Part shown: positions 23,284 through 32,778 of the stretch, one piece after another
Numbering within the stretch: position 1 is the first letter of the stretch
How the letters are laid out: each line of letters opens with the position of its first letter
Assembly (NCBI GenBank): GCA_050731075.1
Contig: JBOHOM010000246.1
Coordinates: 1-32,993, forward strand
Length of the DNA stretch: 32,993 nucleotides
Direction of reading: 5' to 3'
Source of the DNA: Nitrospiraceae bacterium
Lineage (GTDB): Bacteria; Nitrospirota; Nitrospiria; Nitrospirales; Nitrospiraceae
Made by a program: the position numbers and the translations under genes
The notes under the pieces: generated by a model
Told to the model about the DNA's origin: nothing
The model's database searches: none
What the model saw: the letters and a program-made list of their open reading frames with translations, nothing else

Positions 23284-24393
23284 TTAGGAGAGCCCGTCTC
23301 CATCCCTATCCACGGGCATTCCGCTCTCTTTGGCGAAATCCGTCAGCAGCTCCTTCTGCTTGGGAGTCAGCTTGGCGGGAATTTGCAGTTTGATCTTGAC
23401 GATCTGATCGCCTGGGTGATGCCCCTTCAGGCTCGGCACCCCGAGCCCCCGTAAGCGGAACGCTTTGTCGTGCTCGGATCCGGCAGGAACCTTGATGACC
23501 GTCGTGCCTTTGAGGGTCGGGACCTCCACCTTGCCCCCGAGCGCCGCCGTCACGAAACTGATCGGGACATCGCAGATGATATCAGTGCCCTTGCGCATGA
23601 AGACTGGATGAGGCTTCACGTTCACGGCAACGTACAGGTCGCCCGGCGGACCCCCATTGAGTCCATGTTCGCCTTCCTGGGCGAGACGCAGTCTCATGCC
23701 GGATTCAATCCCAGCCGGAATATTCACAGCCAGCGTCCGTTCACGGTACACACGCTTGCGGCCCCGGCAGGTTCCGCAGGGGTCGGAGATGACCTGGCCG
23801 GTTCCCTCGCAGTGGTTGCAGGGTCGACTCACGCTGAAGAACCCCTGCTGGAACCGGAGCTGGCCGGCTCCCTTGCAACTCGGGCAGACCTTCAACGCGG
23901 CGGCGGAACGTGCCCCGGTTCCCTTACAGTCCTGACAGATTTCCCACCGGGGAATCTTGAGCTTGGCCTCTTTGCCATAGACCGCCTCCTCGAAAGTCAG
24001 GTCCAGATTATACTGCAGGTCCGATCCGCGCTCGCCCCGCTGTCTCCCACGTCCGGCTCCTCCAAAAAAATCCTCAAAGATGTCGTTGAACACATCGCCA
24101 AACCCGCCGCGTCCGACATCAAATCCCTCAAACCCGCCGCCGAACCCCTGTGGCCCCCCGGCGTGTCCGAACATGTCGTACTGCTTGCGCTTGTCCTGGT
24201 CGCTGATAACCTCGTAGGCTTCGTTGATCTCCTTGAATTGCTCTTCCGCGGCTTTCTTCTGTTGGTCTCCGCTCTGGAGGTCCGGATGGTACTGGCGGGC
24301 CAGCTTGCGATACGCTTTCTTGACGTCCTCGTCGGACGCGTTGCGTTCGACTCCGAGCGTCTCGTAATAGTCGCGTTTGGCCACGTTCGCCAT
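23284..24393 (-). CDS. dnaJ: molecular chaperone DnaJ
   Basis: J-domain with YHPD, a G/F-rich linker and four CxxCxGxG zinc-finger repeats ([32 protein letters not shown]). Confidence 0.97.
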   Translation of the reverse strand: MANVAKRDYYETLGVERNASDEDVKKAYRKLARQYHPDLQSGDQQKKAAEEQFKEINEAYEVISDQDKRKQYDMFGHAGGPQGFGGGFEGFDVGRGGFGDVFNDIFEDFFGGAGRGRQRGERGSDLQYNLDLTFEEAVYGKEAKLKIPRWEICQDCKGTGARSAAALKVCPSCKGAGQLRFQQGFFSVSRPCNHCEGTGQVISDPCGTCRGRKRVYRERTLAVNIPAGIESGMRLRLAQEGEHGLNGGPPGDLYVAVNVKPHPVFMRKGTDIICDVPISFVTAALGGKVEVPTLKGTTVIKVPAGSEHDKAFRLRGLGVPSLKGHHPGDQIVKIKLQIPAKLTPKQKELLTDFAKESGMPVDRDGDGLS

Positions 24394-24423
24394 AGAGGAG
24401 TGGGTCGAAACAACACTGGATCA

Positions 24424-24453
24424 GGCGCGAGCCTGATCCAGTGTGTCGAGGCC
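24424..24453 (-). terminator. dnaK-dnaJ intercistronic hairpin (attenuator/partial terminator candidate)
   Basis: Perfect 13-bp stem CACTGGATCAGGC / GCCTGATCCAGTG with a 4-nt loop. On the minus strand it is followed by TTGTTTCG. It lies 10 nt after the dnaK stop codon. Confidence 0.55.
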
Positions 24454-24463
24454 GTATTGTAAC

Positions 24464-26398
24464 CTACTTTTTATCTTTGTCCACTTCTTCAAACTCTGCG
24501 TCCACGACTTTGTCATCCTTGCCGGAGCTGCCGCCATCCCCGTGGCCGCCGGGACTCGCACCGGCTCCTGCCGCGCCCTGATCGCCTGCCGACGAGGCTC
24601 TCTTGTACATCTCCTCGGCCAGCTTGTGCGAGGCGGTCGTCAGCGTGTGCACCGCCGACTCGATCGCCGCCGGATCGTTGCCTTCCATCGCCTTACGGAC
24701 CGCCTCGATCGCGTCTTTGATGGTATTCTTGTCAGCTTCGCCGAGCTTGTCCCCATGCTCGGTCAAGTTCTTTTCGGTGTTATAGATCAAGCTGTCGGCC
24801 TGGTTCCTGGCTTCGGCCAGCCTTCTTCGCTGCTTGTCTCCTTCCGTATGGGCCTGAGCGTCCTTGACGAGTCGATCAATTTCTTCCTTGGTCAGTCCGC
24901 TGGAGGCGGTGATCTTGATCGACTGTTCTTTCTGGGTCCCGAGGTCTTTGGCGGAGACGTGCACGATCCCGTTGGCGTCGATATCGAACGTGACCTCGAC
25001 CTGAGGCATGCCGCGCGGCGCGGGCGGTATGCCGACCAGGTCAAATTGACCGAGCAGTTTGTTGTCGTTGGCCATCTCACGCTCGCCCTGGAAGACCCGG
25101 ATCGTCACCGCCGTCTGATTGTCCGCCGCGGTGGAGAAGATCTGGCTCTTCTTTGTCGGGACGGTCGTATTCCGCTCGATCAGGTGCGTGAAGATCCCGC
25201 CCAGGGTCTCGATGCCGAGCGTGAGCGGCGTGACGTCCAGGAGCAGCACATCCTTCACGTCACCTTTCAGCACGCCGCCCTGAATGCCGGCGCCGACCGC
25301 CACGACCTCGTCGGGGTTGACGCCTTTATGCGGCTCTTTGCCGAAGAATTCCCGCACGACCTGAATCACTTTGGGCATCCGGGTCATGCCGCCGACCAAC
25401 ACCACTTCGTTGATGTCACGCGCGGTCACGCCGGCGTCGGCCAGCGCCTTCTTGCACGGCTCAACCGTCCGCTGAATCAGATCATCGACGAGTTGTTCGA
25501 GCTTCGCCCGGGTGAGCTTCATCACCAGGTGTTTCGGCCCATTGGCATCCGCCGTGATGAACGGGAGGTTGATCTCGCTCTCCTGCGAGGATGACAATTC
25601 GATCTTCGCCCGTTCGGCCGCTTCCTTAAGGCGCTGCAAGGCCATGCGATCCTTGCGCAGGTCAATGCCTTGATCCTTCTTAAATTCATCCACGAGCCAG
25701 TCCATGACGCGAAGGTCGAAATCGTCCCCACCCAGGTAGGTATCGCCGTTGGTGGACTTCACCTCGAAGACACCTTCACCAATTTCCAGGATGGACACGT
25801 CGAACGTGCCTCCGCCCAGGTCATAGACGGCAATGCGTTCGTCTTTCTTCTTGTCGAGCCCGTAGGCGAGCGAGGCGGCGGTCGGCTCGTTGATGATCCG
25901 GAGCACGTTGAGTCCGGAGATCTGACCGGCGTCCTTGGTGGCCTGCCGTTGGCTGTCATCGAAATAAGCCGGCACGGTCACGACCGCTTCGGTGACCTTT
26001 TCGCCCAGGTAGTCCTCCGCCGTCTGCTTCATCTTCTGAAGGATCATCGCGGAGACTTCGGCCGGGCTGTACCGCTTCCCGCGGATCTCGACATGGGCGT
26101 CCCCGTTGCTCGCCTCGACGATCCTGTACGGCAGGCGCTTGATGGCGTCCTGCACCTGCCGGCTGTTGTATTTCCGGCCCATGAGCCGTTTGATCGAATA
26201 GATGGTGTTCTCGGGGTTCGTGATCGCTTGGCGCTTCGCGATTTGACCGACAAGCCGCTCGCCCTTGTCCGTAATCGCGACCACCGAGGGAGTGGTCCGG
26301 CTCCCTTCGGCATTGGCGATGACCACGGGGTCCCCCCCGCTCATGATCGCGACGCACGAGTTCGTCGTGCCCAGATCGATGCCTATGACCTTACCCAT
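24464..26398 (-). CDS. dnaK: molecular chaperone DnaK (Hsp70)
   Basis: 644 aa with [18 protein letters not shown] and [10 protein letters not shown] signatures. Confidence 0.98.
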   Translation of the reverse strand: MGKVIGIDLGTTNSCVAIMSGGDPVVIANAEGSRTTPSVVAITDKGERLVGQIAKRQAITNPENTIYSIKRLMGRKYNSRQVQDAIKRLPYRIVEASNGDAHVEIRGKRYSPAEVSAMILQKMKQTAEDYLGEKVTEAVVTVPAYFDDSQRQATKDAGQISGLNVLRIINEPTAASLAYGLDKKKDERIAVYDLGGGTFDVSILEIGEGVFEVKSTNGDTYLGGDDFDLRVMDWLVDEFKKDQGIDLRKDRMALQRLKEAAERAKIELSSSQESEINLPFITADANGPKHLVMKLTRAKLEQLVDDLIQRTVEPCKKALADAGVTARDINEVVLVGGMTRMPKVIQVVREFFGKEPHKGVNPDEVVAVGAGIQGGVLKGDVKDVLLLDVTPLTLGIETLGGIFTHLIERNTTVPTKKSQIFSTAADNQTAVTIRVFQGEREMANDNKLLGQFDLVGIPPAPRGMPQVEVTFDIDANGIVHVSAKDLGTQKEQSIKITASSGLTKEEIDRLVKDAQAHTEGDKQRRRLAEARNQADSLIYNTEKNLTEHGDKLGEADKNTIKDAIEAVRKAMEGNDPAAIESAVHTLTTASHKLAEEMYKRASSAGDQGAAGAGASPGGHGDGGSSGKDDKVVDAEFEEVDKDKK

Positions 26399-26427
26399 GT
26401 GTTATCTCCTTCCCGTGATAAACATCA

Positions 26428-27066
26428 TTACTCCGTGTCAACCGGACTCTCATCAGCCGAGAGAGAGGCCTTGCCGCCCTCGCGGCCGGCACGTGTTGGC
26501 ACATCGGCAACCGCCACCATCGCGGCGCGCAAGATCCGGTCATGTAAGAGGTAGCCTCTCTGGTATTCCTCGACGACGATCTTTCCTGAGGCATCCTCCG
26601 ACTCCACGTGGGCAACGGCCTGGTGACGGGACGGATCAAACGGCTCTCCCACACTGTTCATTGGCCGTACCCCGAATTTCGCCAGCGTTTCCAGACACTG
26701 CTTCAGGACAAGTTCCACACCTTGAATCAGTCCGTCGTTCCCCGGGCGTTCTTTTGAGGACCGGATCGCGCGTTCCAGGTTATCGATAATGGGAAGCAGT
26801 TCTTTCAGGAGGCTCTCGTTGGCGAACCGATAGTACTCGCGCTGGTCCCGCTGGGTCAGGCGCTTGAAATTCTCGAATTCGGCGGCCAGGCGGAGGTATT
26901 TATCTTGAAGCGCCTTCGCCTCCTCATCCTTGGCGGCCAGGGCCTGTTCCACCTCCTCGTCGGACCCCGGTTTCCCCCGATCGGTGGTCGGACGGTCTTC
27001 GGAAGTCGGCTCTAACTTGCTGAATGTATTCGTATGTTCCTCTTTCTCGTCCATGTGCCGCACCAA
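26428..27066 (-). CDS. grpE: nucleotide exchange factor GrpE
   Basis: It has a coiled-coil N-terminus (KYLRLAAEFENFKRL), C-terminal beta-domain motifs (PFDPSRHQAVAHVES, GYLLHDRILR) and sits upstream of dnaK. The start is TTG 27066 or, more likely, ATG 27054. Confidence 0.93.
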   Translation of the reverse strand: MVRHMDEKEEHTNTFSKLEPTSEDRPTTDRGKPGSDEEVEQALAAKDEEAKALQDKYLRLAAEFENFKRLTQRDQREYYRFANESLLKELLPIIDNLERAIRSSKERPGNDGLIQGVELVLKQCLETLAKFGVRPMNSVGEPFDPSRHQAVAHVESEDASGKIVVEEYQRGYLLHDRILRAAMVAVADVPTRAGREGGKASLSADESPVDTE

Positions 27067-27104
27067 TGATGGCGCGAGATAGCCATCAGGGATTCTAAAG
27101 TCAA
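27067..27104 (-). promoter_or_regulatory. candidate grpE promoter (TTGACT-17-TATCTC) overlapped by the inverted repeat TGATGGC-N8-GCCATCA
   Basis: On the minus strand, TTGACT lies at 27104-27099 and TATCTC at 27081-27076. The inverted-repeat arms are 27067-27073 and 27082-27088, and the -10 hexamer lies in the spacer between them. No CIRCE sequence is present. Confidence 0.35.
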
Positions 27105-27162
27105 CCGCAGACTCACATTTGTTCAGGGGGAGATCGCCAAAAGCAGGGGAAGCCGGGGAGGG

Positions 27163-27936
27163 TTAGTCGTGGCCACGAGTCCGCCGGTAGAGCAACTCCA
27201 ATCCCTCCAGCGTCAGGAAAGGTCTTACTTCCTGGATCGTGCGGGACTCCGGAGCAATCAGTGAGGCCAGGCCTCCGGTGGCGATCACCGTCGCAGTCTG
27301 ACCAAGTTCAGCCTGCATACGACCGACGATCTCGTCCACCAGCCCCGTGTGGCCGATGATCAGGCCAGCCTGGATGCTGCTGATGGTATCTCTTCCGATG
27401 ACGGTCTTGGGAGGGACCAGGTCGACTCTGGGTAACTGGGCTGTTCGGGAGAACAGCGCGTCTGCGGCAATGCCGAGCCCCGGCGCGATGGCGCCACCCA
27501 GGTATTCGCCCGAAGGGCTGACCGCGCAGAACGTGGTCGCCGTCCCAAAATCGACCACAATCAAAGCCGTCTTGTAGCGTGCATAGGCTGCCGCGGCGTT
27601 CACCAACCGATCACTCCCGAGCTCATGCGGGTTCGTGTAACAAAGCTTGAGCCCGGTATCCAAGTTCGGGGAGACCACCAGCAGGCGGTGGTGAAAGTAC
27701 CTCTCCGCCATGTCCTCGAAGGTAGGAGTCAGGGATGGGACCACGCTCGACAGGATGAGACCCGTGACCTGGTCCGGACCGATCCCCGCTGCGCGGAGGA
27801 GGCTCTGGAGGAGAACACCGTACTCGTCTGCGGTCTTGGAGGCGTCAGTCGTGAGCCGCCAATGCCCCTTCAAGATCTGGCTCTCGAACAACCCGAAGAC
27901 CACATTGGTATTGCCGATGTCGATCGCAAGCAGCAT
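27163..27936 (-). CDS. coaX: type III pantothenate kinase
   Basis: The N-terminus MLLAIDIGNTNVVFGLF and the motifs VVDFGTATTF and ATGGLA are typical of CoaX/Baf. Confidence 0.93.
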   Translation of the reverse strand: MLLAIDIGNTNVVFGLFESQILKGHWRLTTDASKTADEYGVLLQSLLRAAGIGPDQVTGLILSSVVPSLTPTFEDMAERYFHHRLLVVSPNLDTGLKLCYTNPHELGSDRLVNAAAAYARYKTALIVVDFGTATTFCAVSPSGEYLGGAIAPGLGIAADALFSRTAQLPRVDLVPPKTVIGRDTISSIQAGLIIGHTGLVDEIVGRMQAELGQTATVIATGGLASLIAPESRTIQEVRPFLTLEGLELLYRRTRGHD

Positions 27937-27946
27937 GGGAATAGGC

Positions 27947-28020
27947 GTTAAGTCCGTTTGGTCGGTTCAGTCCGTTTTGTCTGTTGCGAACGGACTTAAC
28001 AGACTAACGGACAAACCGAC
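27947..28020 (-). other. structured birA-coaX intergenic element (long imperfect hairpin whose loop can pair with a flanking segment)
   Basis: In plus-strand coordinates, GTCGGTT..GTCCGTT..GTCTGTT (27961-27985) pairs with AACAGAC..AACGGAC..AACCGAC (27998-28020). GTTAAGTCCGTT (27947-27958) is perfectly complementary to AACGGACTTAAC (27989-28000), which occupies the hairpin loop. Confidence 0.5.
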
Positions 28021-28028
28021 ACAACGTC

Positions 28029-28874
28029 TCACCTCACATGGATCACATCTCCGGCACGGATCTTGACTCTGGACCCGCCCTCTGGACGGCTGGATCGGCT
28101 TCCCTGGATCACACTGAGCGAGCCATCAGGCGAGACCGAGTCCGCATACCCTTCCACCCGCTCGCCATGGGCCAGATCGATGCACACCTGCTGACCCACT
28201 GTGGAACAGCGTAGCACATACTCGTTCAACAGGTCTCTGTGCCGGCCCGCGAGGAATGCGTCGCACCGGCCTTCAAGTTCCAGGAGCAGCGCGGCGAGCA
28301 CGGCGGCGCGATCGAAGGGGCGATCCGCTTCGATCGCCATGGACGTGGCGGACTCGCGTAAGTCGTCCGGAAACTCGTGCCGAAGCAGGTTCACGTTGAG
28401 GCCGATGCCGACCACGACGAACGTCTGAGCCGAGCCGAGTCCCGCGCTCTCCGATAGGATGCCCCCGACCTTCCGTGTTCCGACCAGGACGTCGTTTGGC
28501 CACTTGACGGAGGGGTGGAGCGCGGCGCTCGTTTGAACGGCGCGGGCGGTGGCCAGGCCCGCGATCAACGGAATCCAAGACAGCCAGAGCGCCAACTGGT
28601 CAGGGGACGGCATCGTGCGGATAATCACCGAGCAGTAAAGATTCTTCCCGGGAGGGGAGTGCCACTGGCGGCCGGATCTGCCTCGTCCGGCGGTCTGACT
28701 TTCCGCCACGACGACGGTTCCCTGTGAGGCTCCTTGCTGTCCCAAGCTCATGGCAACCGTGTTGGTGGAGGAGGTCCCATCCAGCAAGTGCAGCGTCCGG
28801 CCGAACGCTTCGGTTGAAAGGGCCTGCTGTACGGATTGAGCGGTCAGGGCCTGGAAGGCGGCGGAAGCGGTCAT
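28029..28874 (-). CDS. birA: biotin--[acetyl-CoA-carboxylase] ligase, group I (no N-terminal HTH domain)
   Basis: It has the motif AESQTAGRGRSGRQWHSPPGKNLYCSV (GRGRxGRxW). At 281 aa it begins directly with the catalytic domain. Confidence 0.92.
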   Translation of the reverse strand: MTASAAFQALTAQSVQQALSTEAFGRTLHLLDGTSSTNTVAMSLGQQGASQGTVVVAESQTAGRGRSGRQWHSPPGKNLYCSVIIRTMPSPDQLALWLSWIPLIAGLATARAVQTSAALHPSVKWPNDVLVGTRKVGGILSESAGLGSAQTFVVVGIGLNVNLLRHEFPDDLRESATSMAIEADRPFDRAAVLAALLLELEGRCDAFLAGRHRDLLNEYVLRCSTVGQQVCIDLAHGERVEGYADSVSPDGSLSVIQGSRSSRPEGGSRVKIRAGDVIHVR

Positions 28875-28881
28875 ATGATCA

Positions 28882-29748
28882 TCACCTGTTCACGTGGGGT
28901 GGGAGTGGGATGATATCCATGCTCAAGTCGGCGGCGGGCGCCGAGTGGGTGAGCGCGCCGATGGAAATGAAGTCGGGGCCGGCCGCTGCGATCTCTCGGA
29001 CATCGGCTAGCGTGACTCCGCCGGACACCTCGACGAGGGCTCGACCCTTGATGAGATCCACAGCGGTTCGAATGGCCGGCACGTCCATATTGTCCAGCAG
29101 AATGACGTCAGCCTTGCCCTCGAGCGCCGCGCGCACAGCATCGAGGGTCTGAGCTTCAACCTCGATTTTCAATCCGTGCGCAGCCCCCTCTCGGGCCAGC
29201 CTGCAAGCCCTGGCCACGTCATGACCGGCCAGGGCAAGATGATTGTCTTTGATCAGGATGCCGTCGCCGAGGGAGTGCCGATGATTTCGCCCTCCGCCCA
29301 AGCGGACCGCCCATTTCTCCAGTGCGCGGAGGCCTGGCGTGGTTTTTCGTGTATCCAGGATCTTGACGCGATATCCCCGGACAGCCTGGCAGAACCGGGC
29401 GGTAAGGGTGGCGATCCCGGACAGGTGTTGCAGAAAATTCAACGAGACCCGTTCGGCCATCAGCAAGGAGCGTGCGTCTCCCTCCACGATCAATACCGGG
29501 CTTTCACGATCGATCTTCAAGCCTTCTCGAACGGCGCGAACGATGGTAACCGAACGATCCACCGACAGGAAGGTCTGCCTGGCCGCAGCCACGCCGGCGA
29601 CGGTCATGGCGTCATGTGCCACGATGGTCCCTCGCGCACGCACCGGTTTGGGGAAGAGCGCAGCCGTGGTGGCGTCACCCTGGCCAAGGTCCTCCGCCAG
29701 CGCGACCTGAACTGCCTTGCGGATGGTGTGGGATGAGGGTGCCGTCAC
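28882..29748 (-). CDS. nadC: nicotinate-nucleotide diphosphorylase (carboxylating) / quinolinate phosphoribosyltransferase
   Basis: 288 aa with DLGQGDATT near the N-terminus, and KILDTRKTTPGLR, ILLDNM and EVSGGV motifs typical of NadC. Its start overlaps the valS stop codon by 4 nt. Confidence 0.9.
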   Translation of the reverse strand: MTAPSSHTIRKAVQVALAEDLGQGDATTAALFPKPVRARGTIVAHDAMTVAGVAAARQTFLSVDRSVTIVRAVREGLKIDRESPVLIVEGDARSLLMAERVSLNFLQHLSGIATLTARFCQAVRGYRVKILDTRKTTPGLRALEKWAVRLGGGRNHRHSLGDGILIKDNHLALAGHDVARACRLAREGAAHGLKIEVEAQTLDAVRAALEGKADVILLDNMDVPAIRTAVDLIKGRALVEVSGGVTLADVREIAAAGPDFISIGALTHSAPAADLSMDIIPLPPHVNR

Positions 29749-32492
29749 TCTTTCCTCGACTGCATCATGGCACGGAGTTGCTGTCCGCTGCTAACGAGCA
29801 ATCTGCTGTCCTGTTGCAGCATCCTTAACCGGTCCCCATGTTCGCGAATGACTTCAGAGGGAGCTTTTGACGTGAACTCGACGTTGTGAAGCTTTGCTTC
29901 CAGTCGTTGTATTTCCTGCTCCTTCTCTTCGGACTGTTTCTGGAGTCTGGAAAGCACCTTTTCCAAATCCACCCCGCCCTCGACGACCAATCCCACTGTC
30001 ATGCCTTCAACCGGGAGACGAAGGACGTTGTCGGCCGGCCAGGTTTCTAAGGAAGCCAGTTTCACAGACCCTCGGCCGAGATGCTCTATAAAGGGAAGGA
30101 GATTGCGCAGCGTGGTGAGCTGTTCCCCTCGTGAGGTGGCACCGTAGAGAGCGAGTACTGTCCCCGGTTGATAGTTCAATTGAGAGCGCCCTGTTCGCAC
30201 GGTCGTCACAAATTGTTCCAGCACGGCAAACTCCGCTTCGATATGTTTTGCGTCCCACTCTGGAATCGGTGCGGGGTAGCGTTGGATCACGAGGCTGTCT
30301 CCCTCGTGGGGAAGAGTGTGCCAGATTTCTTCGGTTATGAACGGCATAAAGGGATGGAGCAACCGCTGCACGGTTGCAAACGTTTCGATGAGCGTGTGTC
30401 TGGTCCGTTTGGCCTCGACGGAGTCCTTGCTCTGGAACGCCGGCTTGATGAGCTCCAGGTACCAGTCGCAGTACTCATGCCAGATGAAGTGGTACAGCTG
30501 GCTAGAGGCCTGGTCGAACCGGTAATGCTCAAGCGAGGCGGTGACCTCGCGGATGGCTCGATTCAGCCTGCTGAGAATCCACCGGTCGGCGAAGGGGCGG
30601 TCGTGTGCTGGGACCACGTCTCGAGGCCCGTCCAGGTTCATCAGGATAAAGCGTGCGGCGTTCCAGATTTTATTGGCGAAGTTGCGGTAGCCTTCGATCC
30701 GTTCCTCGGCCAGCTTGATGTCGCGGCCGGGCGAGGCCATGGCGGCCAGCGTGAACCGGAGCGCATCGGTCCCGAATTTCTCCATCACGCTCATCGGGTC
30801 CATGACGTTGCCTTTGGACTTACTCATCTTCTGGCCTTCCGCGTCACGGACCAGCGCGTGGATGTACACGTCGCGAAACGGCACCTCTCCCGTGAACTTG
30901 AGCCCCATCATGATCATCCGGGCCACCCAGAAAAAGAGGATGTCCAAGCCTGTGACCAACGTGCTGGTGGGGTAGTACGTCTTCAGTTCCGGCGTCTGCT
31001 CGGGCCAGCCCAGCGTGGAGAACGGCCAGAGGGCGGAGGAGAACCAGGTATCCAAGACATCCGGATCGCGGATGAACTCGCCGGCGCTGCAGTCCGGACA
31101 GTGGGCCGGCGCGGTTCGGGCGACGACGGCTTTAGCGTCAGAGGTGATCGTAAAGGTATTTTTAGACGTCTCGAGGATCGCGTCTTCGTTGCAGCTTCGG
31201 CAGTACCAGGCCGGGATCTGATGGCCCCACCAGATCTGCCGGGAGATACACCAATCCCTAATGTTGCGCATCCAGCCGAGGTAGTTGTTCACCCAGCCAT
31301 CGGGTATCAAACGAATTCGACCATCCTCCACTGCCTTGATGGCAGGCTCAGCTAATGGCTTGATCTTGACGAACCACTGCGGTGACAGGTAGGGCTCGAC
31401 CACGGTCTTGCACCGATAGCACTTGCCGAGCGCCATCTTGTGGTCTTCGGCTTTCGAGAGGAACCCGCGCTCGCGCAAGGCGTCCACCACCAGAGCCCGA
31501 GCCTGGTGAACCGGCTTGAGCGCGAGGTTCAAGGTCGGATCGACCTGGGCGTCGAGGAGCCCGGAGCCGTCCATTTGCCCCCGCTGGTTCAGCATCGCTA
31601 TCCGAGGCAAGTTGTGCCGCTCGCCCGCCTCGAAATCGTTGAAGTCATGCCCAGGCGTGATCTTGACCGCTCCGGTGCCGAATTCCCGGTCCACCAGGAC
31701 CGGATCACCGATGATCGGGATCTCGCGAGACGTTAACGGCAGCTTCACCTTCTTCCCGATCAGATGATTGTAGCGGGGGTCTTCCGGATGGACGGCGACG
31801 GCGGTGTCGCCCAGCATGGTTTCCGGTCTGGTGGTGGCGACGACGAGACGGGTTTTCGGCTCATCGGCGAGCGGGTACTCGATATGATAGAGCTTGCCTT
31901 TCGTTTCCTCGTGCTCGACTTCAATGTCTGACAGCGCGGTGAGGCAGCGGGGGCACCAATTGATCAAGCGTTCGCCCCGGTAGATCAACCCGTCCTCGTA
32001 AAGACGAACGAACACCTCGCGGACCGCCTGGGACAGTCCTTCATCCATGGTGAACCGAAGGCGATCCCAATCACAGGAGGCTCCTAATCGTTTCAGTTGC
32101 TGGAGAATGGATCCACCGGACTGAGCCTTCCAGTCCCAGACTCGTTTGACGAACGCCTCTCGGCCCAGCACCTCCCTTGATGTTCCTTCCGCCATGAGCT
32201 GGCGTTCCACCACATTCTGGGTGGCGATGCCGGCATGATCAGTGCCGGGCATCCAGAGGGTATTACGGCCTTGCATCCGTCGCCAACGGATCAGAATGTC
32301 CTGCAAGGTATTGTTCAGGGCATGGCCGAGATGGAGCGAGCCGGTAATGTTGGGGGGTGGGATGACGATCGAGTAGGGGGCGCCCGAGCGATCTACCGAG
32401 GCATGAAAATAGCCTTTTTCGGTCCAGAACCGGTACCACCGTTCTTCGACCTGCGTGGGATCATAGGTTTTCTCTAGCTGCCGAACAGACAT
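29745..32492 (-). CDS. valS: valine--tRNA ligase
   Basis: 915 aa with the class I signatures PPNITGSLHLGH and KMSKSKGN, and a C-terminal coiled coil. Confidence 0.98.
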   Translation of the reverse strand: MSVRQLEKTYDPTQVEERWYRFWTEKGYFHASVDRSGAPYSIVIPPPNITGSLHLGHALNNTLQDILIRWRRMQGRNTLWMPGTDHAGIATQNVVERQLMAEGTSREVLGREAFVKRVWDWKAQSGGSILQQLKRLGASCDWDRLRFTMDEGLSQAVREVFVRLYEDGLIYRGERLINWCPRCLTALSDIEVEHEETKGKLYHIEYPLADEPKTRLVVATTRPETMLGDTAVAVHPEDPRYNHLIGKKVKLPLTSREIPIIGDPVLVDREFGTGAVKITPGHDFNDFEAGERHNLPRIAMLNQRGQMDGSGLLDAQVDPTLNLALKPVHQARALVVDALRERGFLSKAEDHKMALGKCYRCKTVVEPYLSPQWFVKIKPLAEPAIKAVEDGRIRLIPDGWVNNYLGWMRNIRDWCISRQIWWGHQIPAWYCRSCNEDAILETSKNTFTITSDAKAVVARTAPAHCPDCSAGEFIRDPDVLDTWFSSALWPFSTLGWPEQTPELKTYYPTSTLVTGLDILFFWVARMIMMGLKFTGEVPFRDVYIHALVRDAEGQKMSKSKGNVMDPMSVMEKFGTDALRFTLAAMASPGRDIKLAEERIEGYRNFANKIWNAARFILMNLDGPRDVVPAHDRPFADRWILSRLNRAIREVTASLEHYRFDQASSQLYHFIWHEYCDWYLELIKPAFQSKDSVEAKRTRHTLIETFATVQRLLHPFMPFITEEIWHTLPHEGDSLVIQRYPAPIPEWDAKHIEAEFAVLEQFVTTVRTGRSQLNYQPGTVLALYGATSRGEQLTTLRNLLPFIEHLGRGSVKLASLETWPADNVLRLPVEGMTVGLVVEGGVDLEKVLSRLQKQSEEKEQEIQRLEAKLHNVEFTSKAPSEVIREHGDRLRMLQQDSRLLVSSGQQLRAMMQSRKE

Positions 32493-32528
32493 CGTCCGCA
32501 GTTCCTCGGCGATGGAAAATGGTGCCGA

Positions 32529-32557
32529 ATCTTAACATGCTGCTCGTTGCCCCACAA
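32529..32557 (-). promoter_or_regulatory. candidate valS promoter (TTGTGG-17-TAAGAT)
   Basis: On the minus strand, TTGTGG lies at 32557-32552, followed by a 17-nt spacer and TAAGAT at 32534-32529, about 37 nt upstream of the valS ATG. Confidence 0.35.
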
Positions 32558-32667
32558 GGAGATGGCTAGGCCCGGAACGGCGCTTGTCCAGGAGAGCACA
32601 CTTGTGCTATACATCGCGCCGGCTGTCGACATCGCACGCGAGCTTCAGAAAGGAGAGGGGTTGACGC

Positions 32668-32778
32668 ATGGCACGAGGACGCGATAAGGACCGGATCGTA
32701 CGCAAGAAGCACCGAAAAAACATTCAGCGTCTGAAGGCACTGGCGAAGGCGCGGCGGACGAAACGAGCGAAACGCTAG
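32668..32778 (+). CDS. candidate small, highly basic protein (36 aa), below the length cut-off of the ORF track
   Basis: It begins atggcacgaggacgc and encodes MARGRDKDRIVRKKHRKNIQRLKALAKARRTKRAKR, ending at TAG 32776-32778. A strong RBS, AAAGGAGAGGGG, ends 7 nt upstream of the ATG. It is divergent from valS. Confidence 0.45.
   Translation: MARGRDKDRIVRKKHRKNIQRLKALAKARRTKRAKR

Noticed and set aside
22518-23303. 261-aa minus-strand ORF in an alternative frame of rsmE, and the plus-strand ORF 22473..23201.
   Set aside because: They overlap rsmE completely, and rsmE carries clear family motifs. The alternatives are Arg/Gly/Pro-rich and have no RBS.
23470-26554. Long plus-strand ORFs (23470..24462, 24443..25594, 25670..26554) opposite dnaJ and dnaK.
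   Set aside because: They are antisense shadows of highly conserved chaperone genes. No independent coding signal is present.
27067-27162. CIRCE (HrcA) or sigma32-type promoter upstream of grpE.
   Set aside because: There is no TTAGCACTC-N9-GAGTGCTAA. The CTTGAA / CCCCAT-like pieces present are wrongly spaced for sigma32.
27947-28020. BirA operator (bioO-like inverted repeat) between birA and coaX.
   Set aside because: The encoded BirA begins directly with the ligase domain and lacks the N-terminal winged-helix DNA-binding domain. The site is also downstream of birA rather than in front of bio genes.
30168-31355. 395-aa plus-strand ORF opposite valS.
   Set aside because: It is antisense to valS, shows no motif and has composition typical of a shadow frame.
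32493-32667. T-box leader upstream of valS.
   Set aside because: The leader is too short (175 nt or less, shared with a divergent gene). I could not find the conserved T-box sequence, a specifier-loop arrangement or a terminator/antiterminator pair.
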